From: Selaginella moellendorffii
Lineage: Eukaryota > Plantae > Lycopodiophyta
Direction: 5' to 3'
NCBI RefSeq assembly: GCF_000143415.4
Contig: NW_003314301.1
Coordinates: forward strand, 65,757 to 129,756
Length of the DNA stretch: 64,000 bases
Below, in pieces: positions 36,340 through 50,749 of the stretch (position 1 is its first letter; every line of letters starts with the position of its first letter). The translations under genes were made by a program, and so were the position numbers. The notes beneath the pieces are model-generated. The model saw only the letters and a program-made list of their open reading frames with translations, had not been told where the DNA came from and made no database searches.

Positions 36340-37605
36340 TCGAAGACCTTGGGCTCGCTGGATTGTCCAATCCCACACGCTCGATCAGCTTACCTCAGTG
36401 GTGAGGATGTCTAGATCGGACTCGAGCCTTATAACATCCGCACCAGCTCCAATGAAGTTCTCGGCGGTTTCGATGATACTTTTGGTATCTGGTAGTTTCG
36501 ATCAATCGATCAAAGGTTTTTTCTAGTCTTTGGAATTCACCTTCTTCGAAGAGGAAAAGCCCAGGCTTCGTTCTTCAGATAGAGAAAGTCATCCTTGGCG
36601 ATCTTGTCACACAGAACATCAAATTCGATCATATCGAAGCCAAAGGTCATTGCAGTCCTGGAAGAAAAATCGACAAGAACACAAAAAAGCATTAAAACCG
36701 ATCGACAAGAGAAAGAACTTCTCATTCATTCTCATCGTACCTGGACGTACTGTTTGAAAGATTGGTCAAGAACGAAAAAATCAAGCCAAAGAAAAGGAGG
36801 ACAACTTACAACTTAACTCGCAAAGATGCAAGTCAATGAAACGCTGGGAGAACACTCTCCCTGTGGATAGCTCGGGGATCCAATCTTCTCTTAAATGTGG
36901 ATAGTCAAAGGATATTCGGCCTCCCTCAAGAACATCTTCGGCCCATCCACCGGAGGTCACATAAATCCCGCGCCAATGAGCGAGCTCGATCATATCCCTG
37001 AGCGACCGCGACATCAAATTGGAGAACTGGAGCCCATCGATCGAGCTCCCGCTGGACTCCAAAATTTGCTATACCACTCAGAAACTCACAATCTCGCAGT
37101 TCCTCCCTTCCTCGAGGTAGCGCGATCCCAAGAAAGAATGTGAGTCCGCCCGGTGATCCGGCTTCTCCGTGCGACCATGAAGATCACATCGCCCAAACAT
37201 CGCTCCCCTGACCAGAAGCTTAGTTTTGTACTAACGTTTTCTAGCAAAGTCCTTTGGTGGGCTTTTCCTCGTCAATCGAAGAACCGTCGCTACGATCGAG
37301 CAGCGCGACGCGCTGATTTCAAAGCTCTGGACGAGCTCTTCCTCTTCGCTTCGTTCCTCTTTGAGAAGAGAAATCAACAAGTTGATTCCAAGTCCACCAG
37401 CTCGAGTAGTAAGTAGGAAAACGAAACCCTCCCCTGCTTCAAATTTTTTACGCTGACATTTATGTGTGGCAAAACGAAAGAACGTAATCACCTGCTTTTG
37501 CCTGTCCTCTTGCTTGACATTTCCGTCCAAACGAAACGGTGGCATCCCCCTTTCCCCGAGACAAAACTCAAGGATGTCTGTCATTTGAGAGAAAAAAGGA
37601 ACCTG
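36340..37605 (-). pseudogene. Deleted direct duplicate of the HSA32 gene and the DDM1 3' region
   Basis: Colinear with ~41325-43140, introns retained, many internal deletions and frameshifts (e.g. 37370-37381 joins 42447 to 42895). Confidence 0.88.
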
Positions 37606-38296
37606 ATATAAGCACATTAAGTAGTGTTTACTTACATGTTGGTTTGGTTTAGATATTATAAGTTTTAATATTAATTAGAACATAATTTTGGAAGACCATA
37701 GTTTCATAACGAAGGTACACATTTAACACTTCTAGATATATACACATCAAATGTTGCAATAAATTAGAGATTTATTTCATTACTGATAATGGTAAGGTGT
37801 AAATGTTTTCTACGGTTAAAGGTGGTGTTTTTTTTTATATACTACATGCCATGCTAACTGCTGGTGGTATGACTATACCTGGCGCACTCTCAACACCAAC
37901 TTGGAAGAATTTTTTTTACCAACTTTCTCTTCGCATTTCTTGGCTGCCTCCACTCTTGCCGTCTGATCAATGGAAGCATTCTGCACAAAAAAACCACACA
38001 ATGATCACAAAAGAAAGTCACGCTCTGTTTATTATTAGTGTTCAACCTTTTTTCTCCCACATGTACTCCCCTAGAAACCAAACTTACCCTCTGTACTACA
38101 CTACATTGCTCGAAGAATTCCCTAATGCCATGACATATATCTGCCACTGACCATCGTCACCAAAAGGGTGATGCAAGACGCTCCTTTCGCCTTGAGTTTT
38201 GTCTGGTAATAAACATAGACAAGTATTTTATATGATTCCTACATCTCCAACTAAGAATGTAGCTACAGCACCAGATACTTATTTCCAAACAGGTCC

Positions 38297-40543
38297 TTAG
38301 GGATATGACAATGGAAGCATGCGCTTCACAATATCCTCCTCCGTGTCAGTCATCTGCAGAACATGACCATGGGTGTTGAGCTTCAGCACATCCCTCATTG
38401 CGTCCACAACAGAATCCTCTAAAAGAAACGGGAACAGCTGACGAGACAGCCCGTAAATAACTATAGTCCTCTGGGCAGAACCTTCAACACTCACACGATT
38501 ATCAGGCGAGCCGAGCTGGAAAACAAGACTAAGCATGAACCCCACGCCATCAACACCAGCCTCAAGCTTCTCAACTGCTTTTGCCATGCCAGTCTTTCTG
38601 TCAGCTTCCCATCGTTTTGCCTGAATCCCAATCGCACCCTTGCTGCTTGGCAGAACGTTGTGAACGGCCTTCTGTCCGGGCTTGCACGTTAATGCTCGAT
38701 AGTGTTGGGAGCAGTCGTTGATCAGGGCGGCATCCAACCTTCCGTAAGTTGGCGAGAAGCTATTAAACTGGAGCTCAGCGTCCAAGTGAACTGTGCTTGC
38801 TAGACCGTCTGGAACCATTCCCAGCAGCGTAGTCAAGAACTCTCGGAGTGTTATCTTCTTTGTGTACATCACGTCCTTCTTGCCTTTGAGACACGTGAGC
38901 ATGGCTAGCAGCACTAGTAACCTGGTGACCATCTCTCCCCTTGGATCACCAGTAACCACGCCTTTCTTGCACATCTTGGAGACGGACACAAGAATCTTGC
39001 AGAGCTTGTTCTTGTCAAGTAAGACTGATGCTGCGGCTGATGCAAGAACCGGTTCAGCAGCATTAGAGACGTGAACTCGTTGCATGTCTTCGGAAATCCA
39101 CGATGCCGTCATCATATGATGGGCCATGCTGAGCTCCGCCACCTCCGACCATGATGCAACCTCCACTCCAACAGTGCACCCGAGAACACCAACCACCATC
39201 TCATCTTTTAGTTCCTCCTGCAGGTTAAGCTTGTCCCTCGCAAGGCCGAGCAACTTTTCAGGACTGCACCCTCGGTCGATAAAAGCACGCCACAGAGGCC
39301 TTCCAAGGCGGAAGACAGATTCTGCTCCACCAGGCCGAGGAGGTGCCGCTGTCCCTGTTAGCCAAAACGGCTTGAACAGCTTAAAGTCTCGAGAGGGCAC
39401 TTTTCTTGTCGGATCCAAGGCTTGCGCCGGCACAGAATTTGACAAGCGCGGATTCGTACCAAGCATTACTGCCCAAAGACCAGAAGATGCTGTCCTGAGA
39501 ACCCGCCTTAAAAGTGTGAATCCAGTATCCATTTCATCCGCCAACTCAGTATCCGCCAACGTTCTAGCCTCGTCAAAGCAAAACAACACCTTCAGCCGCT
39601 TGCCGTCGGGTCCCGCAACGCCAAGCACAGGCAACTTTTCGATGGCAGCCTTCAAGGCTCTCTGCACAGTACGGTATACATGGTTTTCCCCCCACACAAA
39701 GTTTGTGGTCTGACACTCAAACGTTATCAGGCCGGGCGCCTCTTGCGCCAACACTGCAGAGTCTTGAAGACGCTCCAGACAGCCTGGTATTTTGTCACGT
39801 ATCATGGCTGCTATAGGAAAGCCATGCTCAGGATGCGTCTGCTTCAAAATCCAGAGACCCGGGTTAGGACCTCCGCCGCCTTCTTCTTTAGAGTTTCCAG
39901 TGTCAGACTCCCCAACATACTCTCCGAGAGCCTCAATGCTGGCGATTAGAAACGCAGCCATCTCGAGTGCCGTTGCGTTTGTCGTACAGATCCAGTCGGC
40001 CAAATGTGGAGTCCGGCCGGGCATTCCAGCCGAGTCAACCTTCATGCAGGAGACATAGATGGTGTACAAGCCTTTCCTGTGAAGCTCACACGCGAGCCTT
40101 GACTTCCCCCAGCCGCTGCTCTGCACCACAGCAAAGAACGGCGCAACGTACTTGGAGCCGGGCGTTATCCAGGTCATGTAGTCCTGCTCGATCTTACGCC
40201 ACAGCTCCTCCAGTATGTCCATGTCCTGAAGCGGATAGTCGAAAAAAGCTTTCTGTGCTATCCCCATGCCCGGCGCTCTGCGAGCCCGCCACATGCGGAC
40301 GTTGATATCCAGAGACTCCTCAGCCATGCTATCCACCGCAGCCAGAAACTCCTCCCTAGTGTTGAGATTTGCCAGCCGCGTTCGCTTACTACCGGTCGAG
40401 CACAGCCAACCCGCAACTGCATCTATGTCCCCCGATGCAAAATTGGATCTCACCCATGAAGCGAGACATTCGAAGGTGAGGTCCTTCTCAGTTGGAGGCC
40501 TGAAACTTGCTGATTCAAAGATCTTCCTCACTCGTTTCGCCAT
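38297..40543 (-). CDS. Intronless ~748-aa P-loop NTPase with C-terminal restriction-endonuclease-like region (Crinkler/CR-effector-like)
   Basis: Walker A FAVVQSSGWGKSRL, Walker B VLFCFDEARTL, LGRPLW, AEPVLA, GDPRGEMVTRLLVL, CKPGQ..GIQAK; uninterrupted 2.25-kb ORF. Confidence 0.7.
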   Translation of the reverse strand: MAKRVRKIFESASFRPPTEKDLTFECLASWVRSNFASGDIDAVAGWLCSTGSKRTRLANLNTREEFLAAVDSMAEESLDINVRMWRARRAPGMGIAQKAFFDYPLQDMDILEELWRKIEQDYMTWITPGSKYVAPFFAVVQSSGWGKSRLACELHRKGLYTIYVSCMKVDSAGMPGRTPHLADWICTTNATALEMAAFLIASIEALGEYVGESDTGNSKEEGGGGPNPGLWILKQTHPEHGFPIAAMIRDKIPGCLERLQDSAVLAQEAPGLITFECQTTNFVWGENHVYRTVQRALKAAIEKLPVLGVAGPDGKRLKVLFCFDEARTLADTELADEMDTGFTLLRRVLRTASSGLWAVMLGTNPRLSNSVPAQALDPTRKVPSRDFKLFKPFWLTGTAAPPRPGGAESVFRLGRPLWRAFIDRGCSPEKLLGLARDKLNLQEELKDEMVVGVLGCTVGVEVASWSEVAELSMAHHMMTASWISEDMQRVHVSNAAEPVLASAAASVLLDKNKLCKILVSVSKMCKKGVVTGDPRGEMVTRLLVLLAMLTCLKGKKDVMYTKKITLREFLTTLLGMVPDGLASTVHLDAELQFNSFSPTYGRLDAALINDCSQHYRALTCKPGQKAVHNVLPSSKGAIGIQAKRWEADRKTGMAKAVEKLEAGVDGVGFMLSLVFQLGSPDNRVSVEGSAQRTIVIYGLSRQLFPFLLEDSVVDAMRDVLKLNTHGHVLQMTDTEEDIVKRMLPLSYP

Positions 40544-41136
40544 GGCTGTCGACAAACAACCCTTAGGTATGTAAAAGGTCCGGGTTATCTGCTAAAATAA
40601 GAAGATTTTGAGTAAAGTTCCAATCAAATAAATAGGATGGATCAATCTAGACAACAGTTAATACCGGCTGTAAGATATCGAAGAAATAACTCTTACTTGT
40701 ACTTGTTCTTGAGAACATGTGAGAGCAGGGCAATATGAAGTCTCAAGAGTGGTGAAGTTATGGAGCATTAGAATGTCTACTTTATTTCTTTTTATCTTCT
40801 TCATTGTCTCTTCTTGAGCATAATTCCCTTGATTTTTTAGGAGAGTGGCAAGAACATTTGATAGCAAGGTCACCATTCTTGAATTTGTGTTGTAAATGAG
40901 AACAGTCACCTCAAAAAGATTTATCTCCTCAGTTGCTTACAGGTATCTTGGGAGCTTTTGGCTTGATTTTTTTTTTTCTATTTCAGGTGTTGGGTAAAAT
41001 CTTTTAGTTCCCATTAGGAATCCTTAAAGAAAAGACAAATCTATAATGTAGCTTGGGCCAATCGATCAACCACTTTCACTCGAATCCCGATAACACATCT
41101 TTTTAATCTCTTTCTTTCAACTAGTATTCGTAAATA

Positions 41137-42114
41137 TTATAACAGAGGAGCGAAAAGAGGACGTGGACGACGGCCCTTTCCCGCGCGAAGGCATTCCAGC
41201 TGAGGAACGTGCGAGTGATCCACGAACAAATTCACCTGTAAAACACAGTTCGATTCGCTGTGATCGATCTCGAGTGTTTGTTTTCATTCGGTACCTGTCG
41301 ACCGTAGTTTGTGATGAACCACTCGAACACCTTGGGCTCCCTGGCTTGAAAGATGAGTCTGTCCAATCCCACTCGCTCGATCAGCTTGGCGATCACGTCA
41401 GTGGTGAGGATGTCTAGATCGGACTCGAGCCGTATAACATCCGCACCAGCTCCAATGAAGTTCTCGGCGGTTTCGATGATAGTTTTGGCATCTGGAAGAG
41501 CAAAGTTTGGATCAATCGATCAAAGAGCTAGTCTTCAGAACTTTACCTTCTTCGAAGAGGAAAAGTCCAGGCTTGGGTTTGAGACCCTCGTTCTTGATCA
41601 TGCGAGTGAGATAGAGGAAGTCGTCCTTGGCGATCTTGTCACACAGAACATCAAATTCGATCATATCGAAGCCAAGGTCTTTGCAGTCCTGGAAGAAAAA
41701 TCGATAAGAACACAAGAAAGGCATTAGAAACGATCGACAAGAGAAAGAACTTCTCATTCATTCTCATGGCACCTGGACGTACTGCTTGAAAGATTTCCGG
41801 CCGCCCCCAAGAACATCTTCGCCCCATCCACCGGAGCTCACATAAATCCCGTGCCGATGAGCCAGCTCGATCATATCCCTGAGCAGCGACCGCGACATCA
41901 GATTGGAGAACTGGAGCCCATCGATCGAGCTCCCGCTGGACTCCAAAATTTGCTACACCACACAGAAACTCAAACTCTCGCATTCCCTCCCTGGAATCCA
42001 TACCTCGAGGTAGCGCGATCCAAAGAAAGAATGGTAGGGGCCTCGAATCTCCGTCCGCCCGGTGATCCGCGGCTTCTCCGCGCGATCCATGAAGAACACA
42101 TCGCCCCCAAACAT
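41137..42114 (-). CDS. HSA32: HEAT-STRESS-ASSOCIATED 32 (phosphosulfolactate-synthase-related)
   Basis: DRAEKPRITGRTEIRGPY, DGLQFS, LAHRHGIYVSSGGW, CKDLGFDMIE, VNLFVDHSHVPQLECLR. Confidence 0.85.
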
Positions 42115-42244
42115 CGCTCCTCTAACTCTAGGGCTTTCCAGAAGCTTAGATTCCTTGGCATATTTTGTACTAACGTCTATATACCTTTTCTTCAAGGAAT
42201 AGATCCCGACTATAGCTATACAAAAAAAAAAATGGATGGGACGA

Positions 42245-45250
<3,006 letters not shown>

Positions 45251-45403
45251 AGAGAAAGAAAGAATCCCTCGCCGCTGTCAAAGCGGGAAGAGGGTTTTAC
45301 GCCCAGCCCCAGATTCGAACCCCCGACTACCAAACAAAGTTATTTGCATTAAAATAAAGTAGGATTAAATGACCGTTGGAACTAGGGCTCTTGTAGAGAG
45401 CGC

Positions 45404-46831
45404 CTAGGATCGCTTGACGAGCTTGCAGAGATGGACGTCGAGCTTGGTGGCGCTCACGCTCGACTCCTGCGTCACCTCCCACGAATCGTAGCGCAGGAAC
45501 ATCTCCGCGATGAATTGGACCGCGATGAGCTCCGCCTGGTTCTTCCCCGGGCACTGCTTGTTGGTGGGCGTCGGCGAGTCCGTCTCGCGCCCATTCGACC
45601 ACACGATGTGTGGCAGCAGCGCCGCGCCCTCGCTGCCCATGAATCGATCCGGCACGAAGCTGTGAGGATCCTTGAAAACCACCGGATCTCTCATCACGAA
45701 GTACTGGTGCGTGCCAAGCAGCTCGCCCTTCTTGATCTTGTATCGCGCGTCGTGCGATTCCACCTCCAGATCCTGCCGCGCGCGCCCAAACGCCACGAAG
45801 ATCGATGGCATGAGCCGGAACACCTCGAGCACAGTGGCCTTGACGAGCTTGAGATCCCCCAGCGCCTGGATCGAGGCCGCGTCCTCGCGCTTCTTCATCC
45901 TCCCGCGGATCTCCTGCTTGAGCCTGGCCTGGAACTCCGCCCCGGCTCGCGCGATGAAGAAGAGGATCGGCGGGAACATCTTGAGCAGCCCAAGTCGAGT
46001 GTTGATCCCGAAAGAGAAGACGAGGTTGTGGAGCGCCTCCTCGCGATCCAGCCCGTACTTGGTCACGGCCAGATCCAAGAGCCCGGACCCGGCGGAGCGG
46101 AAGAACTCGACGATCTGTTCGTACTTCTTCTTGATCGGGAAGAACGGGAGCTGGAAGCTGTGCATGAGTAGCTCCTCGGTGATGTGAGGGAGATTGGTGT
46201 AGGCGATCCCCGCGAACTGGACGCCCGTCCAGGCCATGTACACCGAGTGTGGATCATCGCCCATGGTCGCCATGGGGTCCTGGTGAGTGATCGTCTTGTA
46301 CAGGAACTGGATCACCATGTTTCCAGCAGTGCTCAGCGACTCCACCGAGCCATCCTTGGCGATCTTCGCCTCCCACTCCTGGGCAGTGCGATCGAAGGCG
46401 CTGCTCAGCTCCGGCCCGAATCGCTGCGCGCTCTCGTGGAGGATCTCGAACATGAGCGACTTGTACGTGGTGTGCTTCTCCTCGGCGGTGTCCAGGTACG
46501 GAAGCGTACGGTAGCCGCCGGTGAAGGCCAGGTCGGGCATGTAGGAGCCAATCAGCGTGTCGCGCTTGTCCACCTTGGCGTTGTCGAGGAGCACGGAGTA
46601 GCTCACCTGGTCGAGGAGGACGATGCCATGACCCTCGGGGAAGCCCGGCGGCCCCGGCGGGAAGTTGACACGGAAGACTGTGCTCTGGTTCTTCTCCATC
46701 CGGGATTTGTAGAACTCCACCTCGCCCTGGAACCAGTAGAAGTCGAGGCGATCCTTGAGAGCTCCCACGACTGGGACGCCATAGCTGCCCGGGACGTCCT
46801 TGAGGGGCTTCTCTTTTCCACTTGCAGACAT
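45404..46831 (-). CDS. CYP74: CYP74 fatty-acid hydroperoxide-metabolising P450 (non-AOS type; DES/EAS/HPL-like)
   Basis: VPGSYGVP, STVFRVNFPPGP, TGGYRTLPYLD, WSNGRET, NKQCPGKN; intronless 475-aa CDS. Confidence 0.93.
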   Translation of the reverse strand: MSASGKEKPLKDVPGSYGVPVVGALKDRLDFYWFQGEVEFYKSRMEKNQSTVFRVNFPPGPPGFPEGHGIVLLDQVSYSVLLDNAKVDKRDTLIGSYMPDLAFTGGYRTLPYLDTAEEKHTTYKSLMFEILHESAQRFGPELSSAFDRTAQEWEAKIAKDGSVESLSTAGNMVIQFLYKTITHQDPMATMGDDPHSVYMAWTGVQFAGIAYTNLPHITEELLMHSFQLPFFPIKKKYEQIVEFFRSAGSGLLDLAVTKYGLDREEALHNLVFSFGINTRLGLLKMFPPILFFIARAGAEFQARLKQEIRGRMKKREDAASIQALGDLKLVKATVLEVFRLMPSIFVAFGRARQDLEVESHDARYKIKKGELLGTHQYFVMRDPVVFKDPHSFVPDRFMGSEGAALLPHIVWSNGRETDSPTPTNKQCPGKNQAELIAVQFIAEMFLRYDSWEVTQESSVSATKLDVHLCKLVKRS

Positions 46832-47207
46832 CCTCTTGCGCAAAGCTTCGACCTGGAGAGATTGGAATGAATACGCCCAAGGGTAGATCTGGGATCTCGG
46901 ATTTATACACGGACCTTGGGCGCGTGCTTCTCGTGGTCCTGGGCGCCCAGAGTCCACCAGACAGACCACGATGACCCGCCACGTAAGGCTAATCGAAGAC
47001 AATGCAAAAGAGTCCAAAGAATTGTGAAAAAAAAGCTAAAGAGTAAAGATACCTGAAGATTTCCGATAAGAAACAATCTCTCGCGAGATGTGGGCAACCA
47101 CAAATGCCACAGTTGTTTGATTGATCATTGGCAAGAAAACTATGGCAGGAGTCAGTGTCCTACAACCGTACAAGAGCGCCGTACCTTTCAAGGCGGCGGT
47201 CAATCAG

Positions 47208-47663
47208 TCAGGCCTGGAGGAGCTTGGAGGAATCGCGATGGGGGAAGAAAGCATCGAAATCGTGGATGATGAAGTAGTCGATGCGGCGCGGCGCGGCCCT
47301 GGCCACCGTTGCCCTGCGCTTGCGAGGAGCCGGCGGGCACTGGAGCATCTGGATCCTGGACGCCTTGAATTTGGGAGTGTGGCAGCCTTGATCGTCATCG
47401 ACCGCCATCGCCGTGTCCTCCCCGCATTCCCGACCGCCGCTGTGCTGCTCGCAATCATCCATGCTCCCATTGTTGCCCGCCGCGGCGTCTGGGCGATCGT
47501 CGAATCCTCCTGCTTCCTCCGCCTTGCGCCGCGATTCTTGAGGATGGAGGTCGCCGAGCTGGAGCTGCCGGGGACGAGCTGGATGGCAACGCAGGGGAGA
47601 AGGCGACGACGAGTGATGGAATCGCTCCAGAACACTGGAATCCGGAGCCGTGATCGCGGCCAT
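47208..47663 (-). CDS. SMR: SIAMESE-RELATED (SMR) CDK inhibitor
   Basis: GCHTPK..RI, CPPAPRKRR, YFIIHDFDAFF motifs. Confidence 0.85.
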   Translation of the reverse strand: MAAITAPDSSVLERFHHSSSPSPLRCHPARPRQLQLGDLHPQESRRKAEEAGGFDDRPDAAAGNNGSMDDCEQHSGGRECGEDTAMAVDDDQGCHTPKFKASRIQMLQCPPAPRKRRATVARAAPRRIDYFIIHDFDAFFPHRDSSKLLQA

Positions 47664-48507
47664 TGCTATCAATCCCTAGCAGCACCGCAGCTCTCCATAC
47701 CGCCCGAAATATCCCCTACACCATAGCCAAGAACAGATTCCGCGCAGATCGGGCACGAAATTCCAGCAAGATCGATCGAATCGCTGGCGAGGCGCGAGCG
47801 ATCGAAAAGAATAGAGGTGCCGGCGCTCCCTCTCTTCCCTACGCTCCTCCTCCTCCTCGGCGCCTATTTATTTGTAGCGAGAGAAAAAGAGCGGGATTTC
47901 GAATCAAGGGCCTAGATTTGCCAGAGGAAACGCCCGGCGGGGATGGGATTCGAACCCGCGCGTGTCCGGCGGTTATATTCTCTCCGTTTCGAGTGTGCAC
48001 GCTTGCTAGTGGTGGGAATTATCCACAAGCCAATCCCAGAGGGGCGGCATTTAAAGCATTGGGATGATTAGTTTCACTAGGGCAAAGAGATTGGAGTCAA
48101 GGTTGATCGATCAAACAAGCTTTCTTGATTAGGTTTGTGTTGTTGTCACGCAAGACCACACACACATTACATTGTTCTGGCTTAAATAGCGAGTGACACA
48201 AACTCCTCCTTGAGAATGAGACTTAAGCTCTGGACAGAAAACTCCACTCGTCTCACTTAAATGTTGGTGTGACCACGAAAGACAAAGAGCCTTGAATGGA
48301 GCAGTGGAATTGGAGCATTGGATTCCCTTTCCTTGTGTTGTGTTGGAAGCATCAAGCGTTTGACTTGGGTTTGTTGATGGATTGATTGATGGTCATAGTA
48401 ACAACGTGTGGGTTTTCGTTTGGATGGATCTTAGCTTAAGCTTCTTTGAAGAAATACTTGGCTTGTGTAAGTTATGATCGATCATCTTAACTTTGGCAGC
48501 GGCAAAG

Positions 48508-49839
48508 TTATGGTTTTGATGATGATGAAGCCCCGCAGAAGCCCTGCCAGCATTTACAATCGAGAACATCGTTGTTGTACAAGGCGGGGCTCGAGAGAGG
48601 GGCCGCGAGAGCCATGAAAGCAACGAGGCCGACGATGTGTACCACGGCCAGGACTAGTTGGTTTTTGAGGAACACCATGAAAACCAAGTTGAGAGTTAGT
48701 GGGTGAGTTGAGCGATGGAGCAATTGCGAATCAAACCTCGGTTTTGGCAGGCACGGACGAGATCCGGGAAGCCCATGATGTTGCAAAAAATGTGAGGAAC
48801 TACGGCAGCAATGAGATGGCCTGCGACCGATCACCACAACAAGGGCATTGTGTTGGATAATGATGGACGACGCTGGGAATAACTTTAAAGCTCGAACCTG
48901 TTCGAACGTAGAGGAATGCGGCGTAGCAGCCAAACACGATTGTGTACCCAAGTTGAGCAACTGGAAAGTATAAAAGCGTAGCTTGTAGGATTAGAAACGA
49001 GCAGGAGGGGAAGGAAAACTTGCCTACGACAAAGGCGGCTCTTTTGGGGGTGAATCTTTCGTGATGAACGAGTTCCCAGAATCTATGGACGTGTGCTGCA
49101 ACGATACCAGATTAATCAGATGAAAACAATAGTCCAAAGGAATGCTTAAGAGAGATTACTCCAGGTTCTATAAAACCAAAGGACAGAGGTTACCTGGATT
49201 CACCTAAGCTGAAAAATGTTGGAGAGATGAGTATGGCAGCTGTAGGCGAGTACCCTCCGCATAAAAGAAGAGGAATCATGCAGGCTCTGAAAACAATCTC
49301 CTCCGACAGTGGTGCCTGAAGCAAAGAAAAATCTCAAAGAAAAATCAAGCAAAAAGAAGAACAATTTTACCACAACATAGTTCCGCCAGGCAACCACGTC
49401 CTGCCCGAGAAAAATCAAGCTTGCCATGAAACCGTGATCAGTAGCGACGGCTTGTTCTCCATCGATAAGTTCCAAAAGCTCCACGAACAAAGGACCGAGA
49501 TACAGCAAGGCAGTGAGCAGCAAAGGATATAGCGTGGCTTGCATCTAACAAAGAAGAAAGAAAATGTGAAGCCAAGTGAAAAACATTGTAGACCTAAAAG
49601 AAAACTAGACTAACCAAGTAATCCGATCGAATTCCCATCAAATTGAGCTTGCTGGACGATCCCACCGGAAGAATGATGAAACACACAAGCGGTGACAGCA
49701 CTGAGGCGAGAGTAGCACAGACGAATCGCTGAAGAAGAAGCTGGCGCTGCGTCTTTGCCCGGATCTTGAGTAGAATGGGCGGCGCGTAGAGCACTCCCAC
49801 GTACATTGCCGCCAGAGCGCCACACAAGAACAGCGCCAT
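48508..49839 (-). CDS. RCE1: CAAX prenyl protease 2 (RCE1/FACE2), multi-exon
   Basis: AMYVGVLY, LLTALLYLGPL, WRNYVVAPLSEEIVFRACMIP, YTIVFGCYAAFLYVRTG, HIFCNIMGFP. Confidence 0.9.
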
Positions 49840-50749
49840 GGCTTCCTCTCCTAAACCCTAAGCCTAGCTCTAAATAGTATAATGACATGAAAATTATCAT
49901 TTTGTCGATATAAACCACTGTGTGGAGCGACGCAGCTCGCAACCACGCTAGGTACGCAGGAAAGATTCTTGCGTCTTAAATGCGAGTCCAAATCCAAAAC
50001 CAAAAGAAAATATACAGCCTTGTTTGTTCTTTGCAAAACGAATCCATTCTTTTATCTGCATTCCCATCGACTGTAGACTAATAAAACAAAAAAAGCAGTC
50101 CCGGAAGTAAAAAAAAGAAAGAACAATCACAGCAGCACAGTGCATTGCTGTGTGGAAAGCCGTCCATCTTCAATTTCTATGATTTCATTAGTGATTGCTA
50201 GAACTTTGGGGATAAATGGGAATAAAATAGCCATTAAGGGCTTTTTTATTAAATAATTATTTATTTTTTAGTTGATATAAAAGGGAAAGAGATAAAGTGA
50301 CTATATGTGGTATCGGAGCAAATGGTATACATTTAATTCCCATTTATTAGTGGCTATTTAAAATATAATATATGTAACGCACGTGGTTTGTCTATAAAGG
50401 TGATGGAAAAAATTATAACATTCATTTGCTATAGTTTGTTAGTTTATCTGTTAGCATTTGAAGTAAATTGTTAAATGGAGAAAGTGTGTAATTGAGGAAT
50501 TTTCCTTAGAACTTGATTTTTTGTGTCATTTTTCTTGTTAGTGTTTTGGCTTCACATTGAAATTTGAAAATGATTAAAAAAAAGTGTATATACAATATGG
50601 ATATTAAAAAATATAGTCTTTATGATCAATTTTGGGTATTCATTAGCATTTGTAGAGAATAGTGTTAGATGTAAGAAATATAGGCATGATATTTGAAGTT
50701 TAAGCATGCTGTTTAATCATAAAAATTATGTTGAGGTGAATTGATATGA

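Noticed and set aside
37606-41100. Terminal inverted repeats or TSD around the CR-like gene
   Set aside because: None found by eye, so it is not annotated as a transposon
45431-46982. Long alternative-frame and antisense ORFs over CYP74 (similarly over RAD5B, SKIP16 and the CR gene)
   Set aside because: Expected from high GC3 codon usage; no recognisable motifs
48185-48280. Imperfect hairpin between SMR and RCE1
   Set aside because: Weak pairing and no match to a miRNA I recognise
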